NCBI GenBank assembly: GCA_905250055.1
Contig: CAJNOF010000392.1
Span: forward strand, 49,031-102,379
Direction: 5' to 3'
Origin: Rotaria sp.
Taxonomy: Eukaryota
DNA: 53,349 bases
Shown: in pieces, positions 27,489 through 39,966 of the stretch
Position numbering within the stretch: position 1 is the stretch's first letter
How the letters are laid out: each line of letters starts with the position of its first letter
The notes under the pieces: generated by a model
What the model saw: only the letters and a program-made list of their open reading frames with translations
The model's database searches: none
Told to the model about the DNA's origin: nothing
Position numbers and translations under genes: made by a program

Positions 27489-30400
27489 ATGTCATCGTCT
27501 TTATCACCATTGAGTGGTAAAACATTTGTACTTGAACTTGCTCGAGATATTCGTTTCAAAGCTAAACAAGATCTAATCAATTACTTATATGAACAAAATG
27601 CTCGTATTTCATATAGTTTAACAGCTAGTGTATGTTTCAATTAATTTCATATAGTTAAATATAATTAAATTTATTTTTTTCTAGACTGATTATGTTTTAG
27701 TTTCGAATGATATTGATACCTATAAAACTCGTCGAGCTAAACAGCTCGGTATACCATTGATAAATGTTGAATATATTTATGAATATCGTAATTTATCTAA
27801 AGAAAATCAATCTATTGATATTAAACGATTTATTGTAACATCAGCAGAAGATAAAGAAAATTTTTCAAAAAGTGGTACTATACCTGTCACAGGTTAAAAA
27901 GAAAACAAGAAGATTTCATAGTAATTTATAAAAGTTAACTTTGTTTTTTTTTCTCATTGGTAAAGGAAGTCTTTCAGGTAGTACAACAAAACCTATTAAA
28001 TTAGACGTATCAAAAATAAAAATTTGGAATTCTGATGATGTTGAATTACCACAATTTGATGAATTAACATATGCTGAAATTGGCAAATGGGCAATATTTA
28101 AAGTAAATATTTATTTGAAAATAAATTAGATGTTAATTTATTTTTTTTGTGAAATAGGAAACAAATGAAAATTCTGATATTTATTTTGTTCTTGAACTTC
28201 AAATTATTCCTGAAGAATATAATAATCAAATGAATAATGATTATCGATTAAGATTTCGTTATGAAAAACAAACAATAATAAATTCCAAAGGTATAATATC
28301 ATTAATTCAATATGCATTTAGTAATGATATTAATGAATTACATCAATTATTTGCTTTATATTATTATCATATTGCAACAAAAATTTATTTCATTTTTTGT
28401 TTTTTCTTCGTTACTCGAAATAATTTTTTAGTCATTATTTTTTCATCGTATTGATACACAAATGTTTGATGATAATGTTTGTCAATTAATTGAATCTCTT
28501 TGGATTGAATCAATTGGTGATTTAAATAAAATACTTTCTGTACAGCCAGAAACAATTGCTCTTAAAACAGTAGGAAAAAAGAACATATATTAAAAAATCT
28601 TAATGAATATTTTATATCTATTAGATTATTGAAGCTGAAGCTGCTTTACTTGAAATTAAAGTTGATAGTAAATCATCATCAGAAGCTGAAAATTATTTCT
28701 ATTCATGTATTCCTCATCATAAATCATTTGTTATCGATCTTATAAATAATCGTCGTGCATTAATTGATAAATTAGATTTATGTCAGGTAGAATATTTTTT
28801 TATCTTCATTTCTTTTTCTAATTTTTTTTTTTTTTTGTTTAAAATTAAGATGTTACGTGATATGGTTACTGTAAATGAATTAACAAATTGGAATATAAAA
28901 GCATCAATCGAAGCAAAATATCGAGCATTAAAATGTCATATAGAAACAATAAAAAATGATACACATGAATATGCAACAATTAGTAATATGATTTCTTCAT
29001 CAACGAATCCGTTTGTATTTTTTTCCGTCATTAATTAACATAAAATGAATTTAAGAAAAGTTTTTTTTTTACAGAAATGAACGAGTAATTATTCATCAAA
29101 TTTATAGTGTAGCTAAACAAACAGATGTACTTAATTTTCGTTCAACACTTTTTAATCAAAAACAACTTTTTCATGGATCAAAATATAATAATTTTCTTGG
29201 TATTTTATCACGGTAAATTAATCGAACAACAATAAAAAAAAGAAAAATCGTTTTTTTTTATTTGAACTTTTTCTTATTTTAGTGGTCTTCTTTTGCCAAA
29301 AGTGGTTGTTGATGATTTAGGAATTACACGTACTGATATTGGATGTTTAGGATATGGACTTTATTTTTCCGATTCAGGTTCAACATCATTAAAATATACA
29401 ACATCAAGTATAACACGTCCTGGTCGTCGGTTATTATGTATATCTCAAGTAGCATTAGGAAAATCAGCAAAATTCTATTCATATACACCAAATTTAATTG
29501 AACCACCTGAAAATTTTCATAGTACACATGGTGTAAAGAAGACTGATGAAAATAATTCAAAGTTTACAGTGAGAATAAATAGATTTTTCAATTAGATTTC
29601 TCTAATTATGTTTATTTAGGATGATGAATATGTTATTTATAATCTTGATCAACAACGATTACTCTATATTGTTGAACTTTCATGGATACCACATGATAAA
29701 ATGATGGATCAATCACTAACATTATTACCTATTATTCGTGATCCTTTAATAAATCAATCAAAATCTTTGTCAGATGAAGGTAATCGGTTTTTTTTTTCGA
29801 ATCAAATCACAGATGAATCCTATATTCATATTGATATTTAGTTCTAGTTCTCTTCAATTAACTGTAATTGTAATACATATTAACTACTAGATAGACGTTT
29901 ATCGTCTTTCCAGGCGTAGTTCGATGATTTCAAAAACCTGGAATAGGAACTATTAAATTATCCGATAGAAACAAAAATTCTTATATCCATATGAAAAAAT
30001 CTTCGTTTTTAAGATAAAAGATTTTAGTATACATGTATAATATTACTTTGAGTCTCTCTCTGATACTTTGGTTCCAAATTGATCAAATAGAATATAAATT
30101 CTATTTATGGATTTTGTATCAATTAAAATAAAGCAAGATTTTGATAAGCTTTAGAAAACTATTGCACAAGAAGCATGACCTATAAATATATAGACGTGAG
30201 CAATAAAATTTATTCTATCTTGTAGAGCATTCATCCATCAAGATACTAACATATGGTGAGAAAATTTATTCTTAGAGCTGCATATCAGAGAATATAGCTA
30301 GTTCAGATTCTGTTTCACTATTCTCTAGAATCATGTAAATTCTAAGCGGATGAATATAAGACATGCTCGCTTATTATCTCATGTTTATTTTAGTGAATAT

Positions 30401-33400
30401 TCCTTCCACAATTGAAGATGAAGTAATTCAAGTAGTAGAACAAGATTATGGTTTAATTTGTCCATCATCAGGTCAACTTATTCCACTTAAATCTTTTCAT
30501 ATTCGTGCTCAACTTATTGATGTTACTGCTGAAGTAAATTTAAAAAAAAGAAATGAAATTCTTTATAAATTACTTTAGATTGTTCTTTATCAAGTTTATT
30601 ATAATACAAGTTCAATTCCAATTGAAGCTAAATATGTATTTCCTCTTGATGAAAATTCTTCTGTTTGTGGTTTTGAAGCTTATATTAATAATAAAATAAT
30701 TAAAGGTGTTGTTAAAGAAAAAGAACAAGCTAAACGTGAATATCGTGAAGCTATTGAAAAAGGTCATGGTGCATATTTAATGCATCAAGAACAACCTGAA
30801 ATATTTAGTGTATCTGTTGGTAATTTACCAGCTAATTGTGAAGTGATTATTAAAATAACATATGTTGCTGAATTATCTATTGAAAATAATGATATTATAT
30901 TTCGTTTACCAGCTAAAATAGCTTCATGGCAATCAAAACAAATTTTAGAAATAAAAGATCAAACAATACTTCCATCAATTAATCTTGAACAAGATAATAT
31001 TTCAATGAAATCAATTGAATTTAGTCTAAAAACATCTATACGTATGCCATATGAAATAACAAAATTATTTTCACCAACACATCGACTTCGTCGAAAAGTC
31101 ACTGATTGTCTTGCTATGATTGAACTTGTTGATAATGTTTTACTTGAAAAAGATTTTATTCTTTCCATAACATTAAAAAGTGTTAATTTACCACGAATGC
31201 TAAATGAAACATATGCTGTATTAGATACAAATACAAATAATCTATTAGTAGATGAAAATTCTCAAGCATGTATGTTAACATTTTATCCAAAATTTGAAAT
31301 AGTTGATAATCGAAATGAACATGTAGAAATTGTTTTTATTATTGATGTATCAAATTCAATGGATGGAAAACATGTACAACAAGCAAAACAATTAGCACAT
31401 TTATTTTTGACAAATATGAAAATTGATAATCAAAATATTTTATTTAATATTATTACATTTGGATCAGGTAAATCAAGGAAAAAAAAATTTTTTTTTTAAT
31501 ATTTTTTATTCATTTATTTATTTTAGATAATGATGAATGTTTTCCTATTTCATTACCAAATACAAAAGAAAATATTGATAAAGCTAAATATTTTGTTTTG
31601 GTTTGTATTCTTGTTTTTTTAATCTTATCTCATCATACAATATTTATTATAGCATTCACTTGATCATCGTGGTAATACTGATCTATTTTCTGTACTTCGT
31701 CAATATTCTCTTTTACCATCATCATCAAAATTTGGTCGACAATTTATTCTTCTGTCTGATGGACATATAAATGATCTTAAATCTATATTAAAATTATTAG
31801 AAAATCAATTATCTATGTATCATGATCGTTTATTTACATGTTCAATTGGTGATACATCTAATAAACATAATTTAAGACAATTAGCTAATGGAATAAATGG
31901 TGGTGGTTTAATAACTATATTCGATTCAAATTATCGTTCAAGATGGAAAACAAAAGTACTTCAAATACTTGAATATATTCATCAACCATGTATAACAAAT
32001 ATATCTATTGATTGGTATGGTACTATTGATGATCATCAACAAGAAAAATTTACTAATCAAACACCAAAAATAATTCGATCATTATTTAATGGTATGCGTT
32101 TAACTGTATATCGTTTTATACAAAATTGTCATAAAGCAACATTAACAGCAACAATAAATAATCAACAATATGTTACAAATGTATTTAGTAATAAAATAAC
32201 TGAAACAAAAGGATGTATATTACATTGTTTAACAGCACGTTCTATTATTCAAGATTATGAAAATGGTTTATTACATAATGATGAATGTAAAAATGAACTT
32301 ATTAAAAAACAATATAAACAAGATTTAATTGAACTTAGTATGAAATATTCTATTGTAAGTTTATTTACAAGTTTTGTAGCTATTGAAGAACGTAATGGAC
32401 AAGCACTTGAATCTGATGTTCGATTACTTAATATTATGCTTGAAAATGATATTGATTTACTTTCGTATATTGATTGGGATGGTGATAAATCACAAATAGA
32501 TATAATTAAAAATAAATTAATTAATGCTAAACTTTTATTTGATAGTGCATCGATAACAAATAAAATTGATTTAGTAAATGAATATGAAAATCTTTGTCAA
32601 ACTATATCATATCGTTTTGGTGGTGATGCAAAATATGATTTAATGTTAACAATAATTGATACATATAGAATAACATTAAAAGAAAAAGAAAAAGCTCGAA
32701 AATTAGAAGAAAATATGCAACAAGGTAATGTATGAAAATTTTGAATTAAAATTATTAATTAGTATATAATAAATATGAATAGATTTAATGAATGAAATAC
32801 ATAATACAACAGCTGATGAAAGAAAAATATTAGAAAAACGATTAAATGAAATTAATAAGCGTATTGAAAATGAATTATCGTAAGTTGTATATATAAAGAA
32901 ATGTTATGTTCTTATGATTATTTTTTATTAGAATGGTTTTAGATGATCAAATTATAACTTCTGAAAAATCAGAAGACGAAGAAGAATGCGAAAATGAGTT
33001 ATATGACGAGAACATATCATATAATGACGTACTTGGTAGTGCATTAGAAAGGCTTAGATGTGTAAGTTAATTCTATAGAATGTATGAAAAATTTTTTGAA
33101 TTAATCCTAGAAGATGGCTCTTGAGATGAATACATGTATCTCTAATCAGAATAAGAAAATAGACAAAATATCAAATCTAACATCGCTTTCCTCAAGTAAG
33201 TTTACTTTATTCAAAACATAGTTATAAATATATTCATGCTACATATGTTTTCTTTTTGCATGATTAAGATGTGAAAGGAGCTGAACCAGAGACGGATGAT
33301 AGTGAAGGCGATGATATGGGTTTTAGTTTATTTGATAATGGTGTAAGCTCGACGATGATGGACAAAATCTCTGAGCAACAGAAAATAAGTGCTGCTCCTT

Positions 33401-33603
33401 CAAAGATAAAAAATATGAAATATTCTGAAAAAACAACTGGGAAAGAAAAAGAAACAATTTATACAATAAAAGATTATTCAAAAGAACAAATAAAATCTCA
33501 AGATTCATTGACAGTCGCTGAGAGACAAGCTTCATCTTCCGAAAATTTTAGCCCTATGTTTATAGATGAAGCTGATCATGATGATTCACTTGCAACAGGT
33601 TAG
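27489..33603 (+). CDS. PARP4: Vault poly(ADP-ribose) polymerase (PARP4/vPARP-like): BRCT, PARP catalytic, VIT and vWA domains, then an acidic/low-complexity tail. Anchored exons include 27489-27629, 27685-27893, 27966-28102, 28158-28290, about 28480-28570, about 28625-28786, about 28848-29006, about 29088-29216, about 29282-29577, about 29620-29777, about 30385-30545, about 30578-31467, about 31505-31600, about 31655-32726, about 32872-33047, about 33110-33196 and 33269-33603. The structure between 28290 and 28480 is unresolved.
   Basis: There is an N-terminal BRCT (LSGKTFVLELARDIRFKAKQDLINYLYEQNARISY...TDYVLVSNDIDTYKTRRAKQLGIPLINVEYIYEY). The PARP catalytic signature is present (LFHGSKYNNFLGILSRGLLLPK; GYGLYFSDSGSTSLKY; DDEYVIYNLDQQRLLYIVELSW, an H-Y-E triad). 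The VIT domain reads FPLDENSSVCGFEAYINNKIIKGVVKEKEQAKREYREAIEKGHGAYLM...NLPANCEVIIKITYVAEL. The vWA domain reads VEIVFIIDVSNSMDGKHVQQAKQLAHLF...LLSDGHIND. ORF anchors: 27420, 27941, 28230, 28835, 29293, 30363, 30780, 31815 and 33271. Confidence 0.8.
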
Positions 33604-33904
33604 ATTTTTCAACAAAGATATTTTGTATCCAGAAAGAGATGTTTCAATAGTTTTATTCAGCAATAGAATGGTCAGGATATTTGAAAGACAGTCGGATAGT
33701 CTGTCTAGTAGAATAAACCTAAGAAAAGCTATTTTCTATAATTTGGCGGACAATTTTCTGGCTACAGCTCTACATTTTCATAAACATCGCGTACATGGTG
33801 GAAAAGAGAATGCTAAACAACCTTAGCTTCTTTTACGTCAAAACCTATGTTCAAATAAAATAAATATCGATAAATTTTGATGTTGATCATCCTTAGTAGA
33901 AATC

Positions 33905-34888
33905 TTGAGAAGGTTATCAAAAATGCAGTACACTTTTTTAGGTCATTCTCTGCAACAAATGTCGCCATTATTTTCCCAAGCACCACATACAATATCAGAT
34001 ATGTTCGGTTCTTCCCGTAATTACAGAATAGCAACTCGTAAGAGGATTGCACCAAAAATGCAACAAATGAGCATCCCCATCAATGCTCCTGTTACAACAT
34101 CAATATTCTCCAACCAAAGCAGTACCATCAATACTAAGAGTAATACCGATCCTGTGTTCTCAACATTTGGTACTCAAACATTCAATCAGGTTTCTGTTGG
34201 TGCTACGATCACTACCAGTACAACACAACCACATCCTCCTTCATTATTTGCATTTGGTACGCCGACATATGGCGCTACCAATAATGCTTCTTTTAGTTTC
34301 GATGGATTTGGTGTTTCAGCAACACCTTCTACATCATCTTGTTTCTCATTAGGAGGTGACGCTAGCAGCATCAAAAGCAACCAGCCTTCAACATTTGGCA
34401 GTTCAACAACGTTTTTCGCTGTGCCTCTAACACTACCACCACGAGCGCCATCACGTTCTTCTGCACATCAGACAGCTTTGTTGGAAAGCAGCAATACTGA
34501 TGGTAACATCGCTACTTCGGCTATACACCCGGAATTTTTCATGCAGCAACATTCCATGAGTTCTAGTGTTTTCCCTACACCGCTAACAACAACAGAAGCA
34601 GTACCGCTTAGTAACATATACTCACAGCCACAATCAGTTGTTTCCTTCGGCAGTGCTGGTGAAAGTACCTTTGGTAGTGTTGCGCCTCAAACGGTCGTCA
34701 ATCAATCGATGTCTACAATTCCTCAGGCTTCATCAGCATCATTTTTATTCTGTCCTAATAGTACAACATCTTCATTAGTGATGCCCTCATCATCTAACAT
34801 GATGTCAATGACTACATCCTCAACTCCTGCTGCTGCTGCTCCTCCATCCTCAACAAGTATGTTATTAGAGATCGTGAACAACAATTAA
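33905..34888 (+). CDS. Intronless 327-aa S/T-rich ORF with FG-type motifs (FGSS, FGTQTF, FAFGTPTYG, FDGFGVS). It is compositionally GC-richer than its surroundings. It could be a separate gene (FG-repeat/nucleoporin-like) or the low-complexity C-terminal part of the PARP4-like gene.
   Basis: A long uninterrupted ORF with codon usage shifted towards GC-ending codons, unlike the flanking exons. The low-complexity composition limits confidence. Confidence 0.35.
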   Translation: MRRLSKMQYTFLGHSLQQMSPLFSQAPHTISDMFGSSRNYRIATRKRIAPKMQQMSIPINAPVTTSIFSNQSSTINTKSNTDPVFSTFGTQTFNQVSVGATITTSTTQPHPPSLFAFGTPTYGATNNASFSFDGFGVSATPSTSSCFSLGGDASSIKSNQPSTFGSSTTFFAVPLTLPPRAPSRSSAHQTALLESSNTDGNIATSAIHPEFFMQQHSMSSSVFPTPLTTTEAVPLSNIYSQPQSVVSFGSAGESTFGSVAPQTVVNQSMSTIPQASSASFLFCPNSTTSSLVMPSSSNMMSMTTSSTPAAAAPPSSTSMLLEIVNNN

Positions 34889-35249
34889 GCACACTAAACA
34901 ATCTGTGTGATTTAGGCTTTTTTTCAACCCAAGAAAAAAAACGAAATGAATTTCGCGAAAGTAATGTCTTAAGAAAACCAGTTAGCTGGCGTGCAGAGAA
35001 ATCACCTGTATCTTCAATGTCACGCTTACGATATGCTGATGTATGTAAAGATAGAATTATACTTAGATCATTTGCATAAATTATTTCTTATTGTAGACAC
35101 GATTCGATGAAACAGTAACGAAATCAACGATAGAATCGACTAGTAAACATGAATCTTGCATGACAATGTTCAAGAAGAAGGGAAAGTATGCCATTGAAAT
35201 AATAGTCATTCATTCTAGCAAATAACATATAAATTGAACTGTATTTTAG

Positions 35250-37257
35250 ATCGTTAGCGAAACGAACAGCATCACCTATATCTGGCGAAAAAGATCTATT
35301 ATTACTTGATGTTACACCACTCAGTTTGGGCATTGAAGACATAAATGGTCATATGTGTATAATAGTTCGTCGTAATCAAACAATCCCATTGCGAACACAA
35401 TTTTATCCTGTATTTACAAATGCTTATGCTTATCAAACAACAGCTACAATTCGTGTTTTTCGTGGTGAACATAAACTTACAAAATATAATGTTAGTTCAA
35501 AATATTTTGAATCAACAATTATTATATTGATTCATTTTATCTGTTTTTTTAGACGTTCATTGGTGAATTTATGCTTACTGGTTTGTCGCAAAATTTTGCT
35601 TCACAGACCTTAGAAATATCGATCAGTATGGATATTGATAGTAACGGATTATTACAAGTTGAAGCTGAAGAATCACGATCAGGTGCCAAAACAGAATTTA
35701 CCATTGATCAAAATAATTGTAAGGATTTCTTTCTATTAAAATGAAAAATATACGGGCGCATAAGGATCATCTTCAGTTTTCCTGATACAGATAATAATTC
35801 TGCTCATGTGTTCTGATTATTTTCTTAACATCTCCAGAGAGAAAAAAAAATCATGGGTTTATAATAGGTTTTGAAAGCTCGCTGGAACGTTCATATAATC
35901 AGATACTGTTCGGTTTTTTGAAACGGATTTTGTTACATAAGACAAGTTGAACTTGATTTGGACATCATTTTCTTTCATTTTTGTTTCACTTGTCTTCTAT
36001 AGGTCTTATATAATTTAAAGAAAAAAACTTCGTTGAAAAATATCACTCGGCTCAGTCTTATGTTGATTCGTACTACGCTATTCGTTTTGTCTGAAAGCCT
36101 ACCCAAATCTATTAAGATTTTCTGAAAGAATGAAAAAAAAGCATATCCAAACGAAATTCAATTCATCTTTTCTATTACAGATCACTTCTGAAAAACTCAG
36201 CAATTATCTGATTTTGTAGCAATTCCTAGAAGTTTTCAGAAGTCATCATTAATCCATGTTGTTTTACTAGAGAGAGAGGCAACAGTATGGATAGTCAGTC
36301 TTCGGTTTTCAAACGATTCCTAATGAAATTCTGGATTAGATAAACTAAATATGGATGGAAACTGAGGATGGTCCTTATGCGCTTCAGTCATTTTCTTAAT
36401 GAATTTCTATTTATTATGTAGATCCACTTGATGAGAACGATATTGAACGGCATGTTTCATATATAGAAAGTAACTTCGATTTTCGTGCTTTATGCATTCG
36501 TAATCGAAAACCAAATGATGCATTATATATGGTTTGTTAAATTTCAAAAAAGAACAAAAAATTTTCAATTTTACTTGTAGCTTAAAGGTGAAACTTCCTA
36601 TTCAAGAATAAATTTTACTGGTGAATCAGATACATTTAAAGGTTTTCCAACTTTTAATAAATTGAAACAAATTGATTTTACAACAGCAGGAATTAATGAA
36701 TTAAAAAGAATTCAATTAACAAATGGATCATTTGATTTAAATCAAGCTTTAGCAAATTTATTATCTATGAACGTAAAAGATTTCGATGAACTTAAAATAT
36801 ATTTAAATAAACAAGGTTTTAATTCATTTGGTAAGATGAAATTATTTTTTTTCCAAACGAATAAAAAACAAGAGACAACAAGAACTATCGAATTATTTTC
36901 TTTCAGCTTTCAATATACAACATGATATAATACATTTGATTGCTACGGGTATTGTTCTTCTTGTATTGTTATTACAAGTACCTGCATCAGAAAGAAATAT
37001 ATTTTTGGTTCCATTCGATAGTGAACAAATTCGAGTAAGAAATTATGTCATTTTTATTTGTCTAATTTTTTCTTTCATATTTAAAGTCAATTCTTCATCG
37101 TCATTTACCAAGTCTTCTATTAGAAAATATTGATAAAGGTGTTCAATTTTATGAAGAGAAACGTTCATGTTATGGGATTTATTGTGCACAATTAGAATTG
37201 AACTATTCATCATGGGAAAAATTTATTCAATATACAATTTTCCACATAAACAACTAA
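35250..37257 (+). CDS. Divergent Hsp70-like protein in which only the linker and substrate-binding domain are recognisable. Exons: 35250-35490, 35553-35718, 36422-36531, 36581-36815, 36907-37034 and 37087-37257. The 5' (NBD-encoding) part was not found, or is degenerate.
   Basis: ...SPISGEKDLLLLDVTPLSLGIEDINGHMCIIVRRNQTIPLRTQ...RVFRGEHKLTKYN/TFIGEFMLTGLSQNF...DIDSNGLLQVEAEESRSGAKTEFTI...DENDIERHVSYIE matches the Hsp70 linker and SBD-beta (DLLLLDV, PLSLGIET, ...IPTK..., ...GILNVSA...). Anchored by ORFs 35326, 36662 and 36936. The first exon begins in phase 2 and the upstream exons are unclear. Confidence 0.55.
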
Positions 37258-37794
37258 CTTGATTTTTTCATGCTTATTCATAAATAAAAACATTTTCGTA
37301 CTAACAAGGAATACTACTTTTTTGTTCTCTGATATTTATTAAAAGATGATTAAAAAGAATAGAATTATGCAGTTCTAGCCTTCAGTCAGATTGATTCACT
37401 TTAATGAATAAAAATAAATTATAATGGTATAATAGTTATTACTACTATGAAAAAGATGCTTACCTCTCTGGTTTATTTTGTTTACAAAGAAAAAAATTCG
37501 GATTGACATAGTTCAACAACCGAATAAAAAGTTTCCGCAATGATGGATTACTTCAGAGTATTACATTTCCTTTTTTGTCATACAAAATGATTTTTTCACT
37601 TTTACTTTTTTGTGGTCACTGTTTTCCTCAAGCCAACTTTAAAATTTTTTACATTGCAAGAAAATCTGCTTTCTTATTCGAAGGACAAAAAACCTGAAAA
37701 GATATCCATTCCAAATCATGTCTAGTGCCTGTAGGAAAATTTTCACCTCAATCAAACATAGCATCTCCAAGCAACGGAGGTGAAAATTTAATGC

Positions 37795-38615
37795 CTTTTT
37801 TATCGGGATATTATTAAGCGGTCAGTAAAATAAATGAAATGGTCAGTAAAATATATGAAATGATCAGTAAGATAAATGGTCAGTAAAAAATATATAAATG
37901 ATCAGTAAAAAGATTAAATGGTCAGTACTTAGATTATCACTCATATAGAAAAAAAGATTGGAAAAAATCTGATTTTAATCGATTTTTTTGTGATTAAAAA
38001 TCGATTAAAATGGGACAGTTTTAACCAGGTTTTTAATCAAACTAGTGATTAAAATAAATTAAATTTATAAATATCCATTTTAACCGATTAAAATTTTTTC
38101 ATTGACTATTTTACTCAATTTTAGTCAGATTATTCGATTTTTAATCTATTAAAATCGATTAAAATTTTTAAATCGATTTTAATCAATTCTAATAGTTTTT
38201 CTTTTTAAATGAATAAGTACCAATTGATATCGAGTCTTGAAGCATGGAATTTATGTCAAAGGTCGATCTAGCATCATATCTACTAATTTTCCGAGGCAAG
38301 GAGTCCGAAAAAGCGATCGAACATCTGAGTTTTCAACATAAAGTTTGAGAAAACGCATTTTACCGTCGCCGCCATTAAAATTAATATTTATAAATTTAAT
38401 TTATTTTAATCACTAGTTTGATTTAAAAAATCAATTAAAATTAGATTTTTTCCAATCTTTTTTTTTATATGAGTGATTGTCTAAGTACTGACCATTTAAT
38501 CTTTTTACTGATCATTTATATACTTTTTACTGACCATTTATCTTACTGACCATTTCATCTATTTTACTGATCATTTAATTTATTTTACTGACCGCTTAAA
38601 TAGTAGCCTTTTTTA
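37795..38615. mobile_element. Non-autonomous foldback/MITE element (about 820 bp). It has about 250-bp terminal inverted repeats containing internal 20-bp tandem subrepeats (ggtcagtaaaa-ta-atgaaat, about 6 times) and is flanked by TTAA at both ends.
   Basis: The left end ...TTAA|gcggtcagtaaaataaatgaaatggtcagtaaaatatatg... is the reverse complement of the right end ...cattttactgatcatttaatttattttactgaccgc|TTAA. Inner inverted segments are also present (aatcaaactagtgattaaaataaattaaatttataaata vs tatttataaatttaatttattttaatcactagtttgatt). The element has no coding capacity. A TTAA target-site duplication would suggest piggyBac-type mobilisation. Confidence 0.7.
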
Positions 38616-39220
38616 TCATCCCAAAATTTCATGAAGTATAAGATACGGCAACTTTGAATCTATGACAAATTCTGATCTGCTTTGCAATATTTACGTGTCT
38701 TGAAAACTTCCAATTTTTTGAATGAGTCATTCACGCCAAAGCGTTAGAAATGGCCAGAGGTAACCTCAAATGAGAAAAACCTGTTAATGTAATCCACGTT
38801 GGTTTCAAATTTTACACATGGCTACACTTAAAACCAGAATATTTATCAAATGATTTTCAAGTTATCCTTATGAAAGAAAACCATATTATAGATAATCCTG
38901 TAAACGAGTCTAATAAGTAGACTTATCAATAATCGATTCTCAATATTAATTAGGATATCTAGGAAGCAGGAATTTAATCTAGAAGCGGTAAGAGTTTTTA
39001 TAACTTCTTCAACAGAAAAAAAGAAGGAAATTCATTGTGTTACCTAGAAAATATTTGATATAATCATATGTCCATGCTTCATTGACTAACTTTGAGAAAT
39101 CATCACTGTAAGATAATCCGAAAGATCAGTGCCCTTTTTTCTGTATTATTTCTATTTCTCTAGCATTTATTATTCTTTTTTGATAAGTAAATCGTAGGAC
39201 AATTTACTAGATAGAAATGG

Positions 39221-39295
39221 GGTGTAGGTGTGAGGTGTGGATGGATGTGGGTTTAGAGAAAGTTATCATCCATGCCCACACCCACATCCATTATT
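39221..39295. repeat. Telomeric-repeat palindrome (hairpin): a G-arm (ggtgtaggtgtgaggtgtggatggatgtggg), a spacer, then a C-arm (cccacacccacatccat).
   Basis: Direct reading gives (TGTGGG)-like units followed by their reverse complement. Confidence 0.7.
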
Positions 39296-39632
39296 TAAGA
39301 AAAGAACATAAGACGACACGTTGTTTTGTACGATCGCTTCCAAAAGAACGAAAAAGCAGGCCATTCAAACTTCGTTTTCTTTCAACTATCTTTTAGACAT
39401 GAAGGCTGTGTGTGAAAAACACACGTGCTAACACATCTCAAGCGAACGTTCTTAAAACACGACCCTATTTTCTTGCGAATTTTTGCCAAAATCTTAGGCA
39501 AGCTGTTGCTCGGTAAGATTTATTCATTTCGAGAGGTTCAATTCCAATTTCGTCACTAATATTCACTTCATTTATGAATTATTACGCAACAAATCATTCA
39601 AAATCGAAAGTATACTGTCACATTAACTAAGA

Positions 39633-39966
39633 CTAATTGTTCCAGCCTGGTTTTTCTTGGGCTTTCATACATCGATTGTTGCATCCACATGCGAGTCGAC
39701 AGCATTTTTCGTCCGAAGCACAGTGTCTGTCTCTCTTGCAGCAGTCAGGATCATTCGCACACATCTTGGCGGCCATGTCAGGCGAACAGACCATATGACA
39801 TATCATATGAGGGATCGGACAGTAGCCTAGAAAGATATAATTTCCATCATCTTTCGTAGTCTTGAGAAAACTCACCTGCATGCACCTCTGGCAATAGCCT
39901 CTTTTTAAGTGCCTGAGTGCCAGCAAAAAAGAGAATGAAAAGCAAGAAGAGAGAGAGAAAACGCAT
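39633..39966 (-). CDS. Secreted cysteine-rich peptide with WAP / four-disulfide-core-like Cys spacing. Two exons (39876-39966 and 39633-39826), with a 49-nt intron at 39827-39875.
   Basis: MRFLSLFLLFILFFAGTQA (signal peptide) is followed by LKKRLLPEVHAGYCPIPHMICHMVCSPDMAAKMCANDPDCCKRDRHCASDEKCCRLACGCNNRCMKAQEKPGWNN*. It has 12 Cys with CC...C...KCC...CGC...C spacing. The donor gtgagt and the acceptor tttctag are phase-consistent and anchored by ORFs 39847-40104 and 39633-39926. The exons are clearly GC-richer than the background. Confidence 0.6.

Noticed and set aside
27392-27644. ORF 27420-27644 extended N-terminus (MCRFLFFFAIKDINGIFTLNITT) and antisense ORF 27392-27580
   Set aside because: The true PARP4 start is the internal MSSSLSPLSGKTFV (a BRCT begins immediately after it). 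The upstream extension is poly-T-derived, and the antisense ORF is a shadow.
34083-34380. ORFs 34083-34352 (+) and 34186-34380 (-)
   Set aside because: They are shadow frames of the long 33905-34888 ORF (alternate frame and antisense), with implausible composition.
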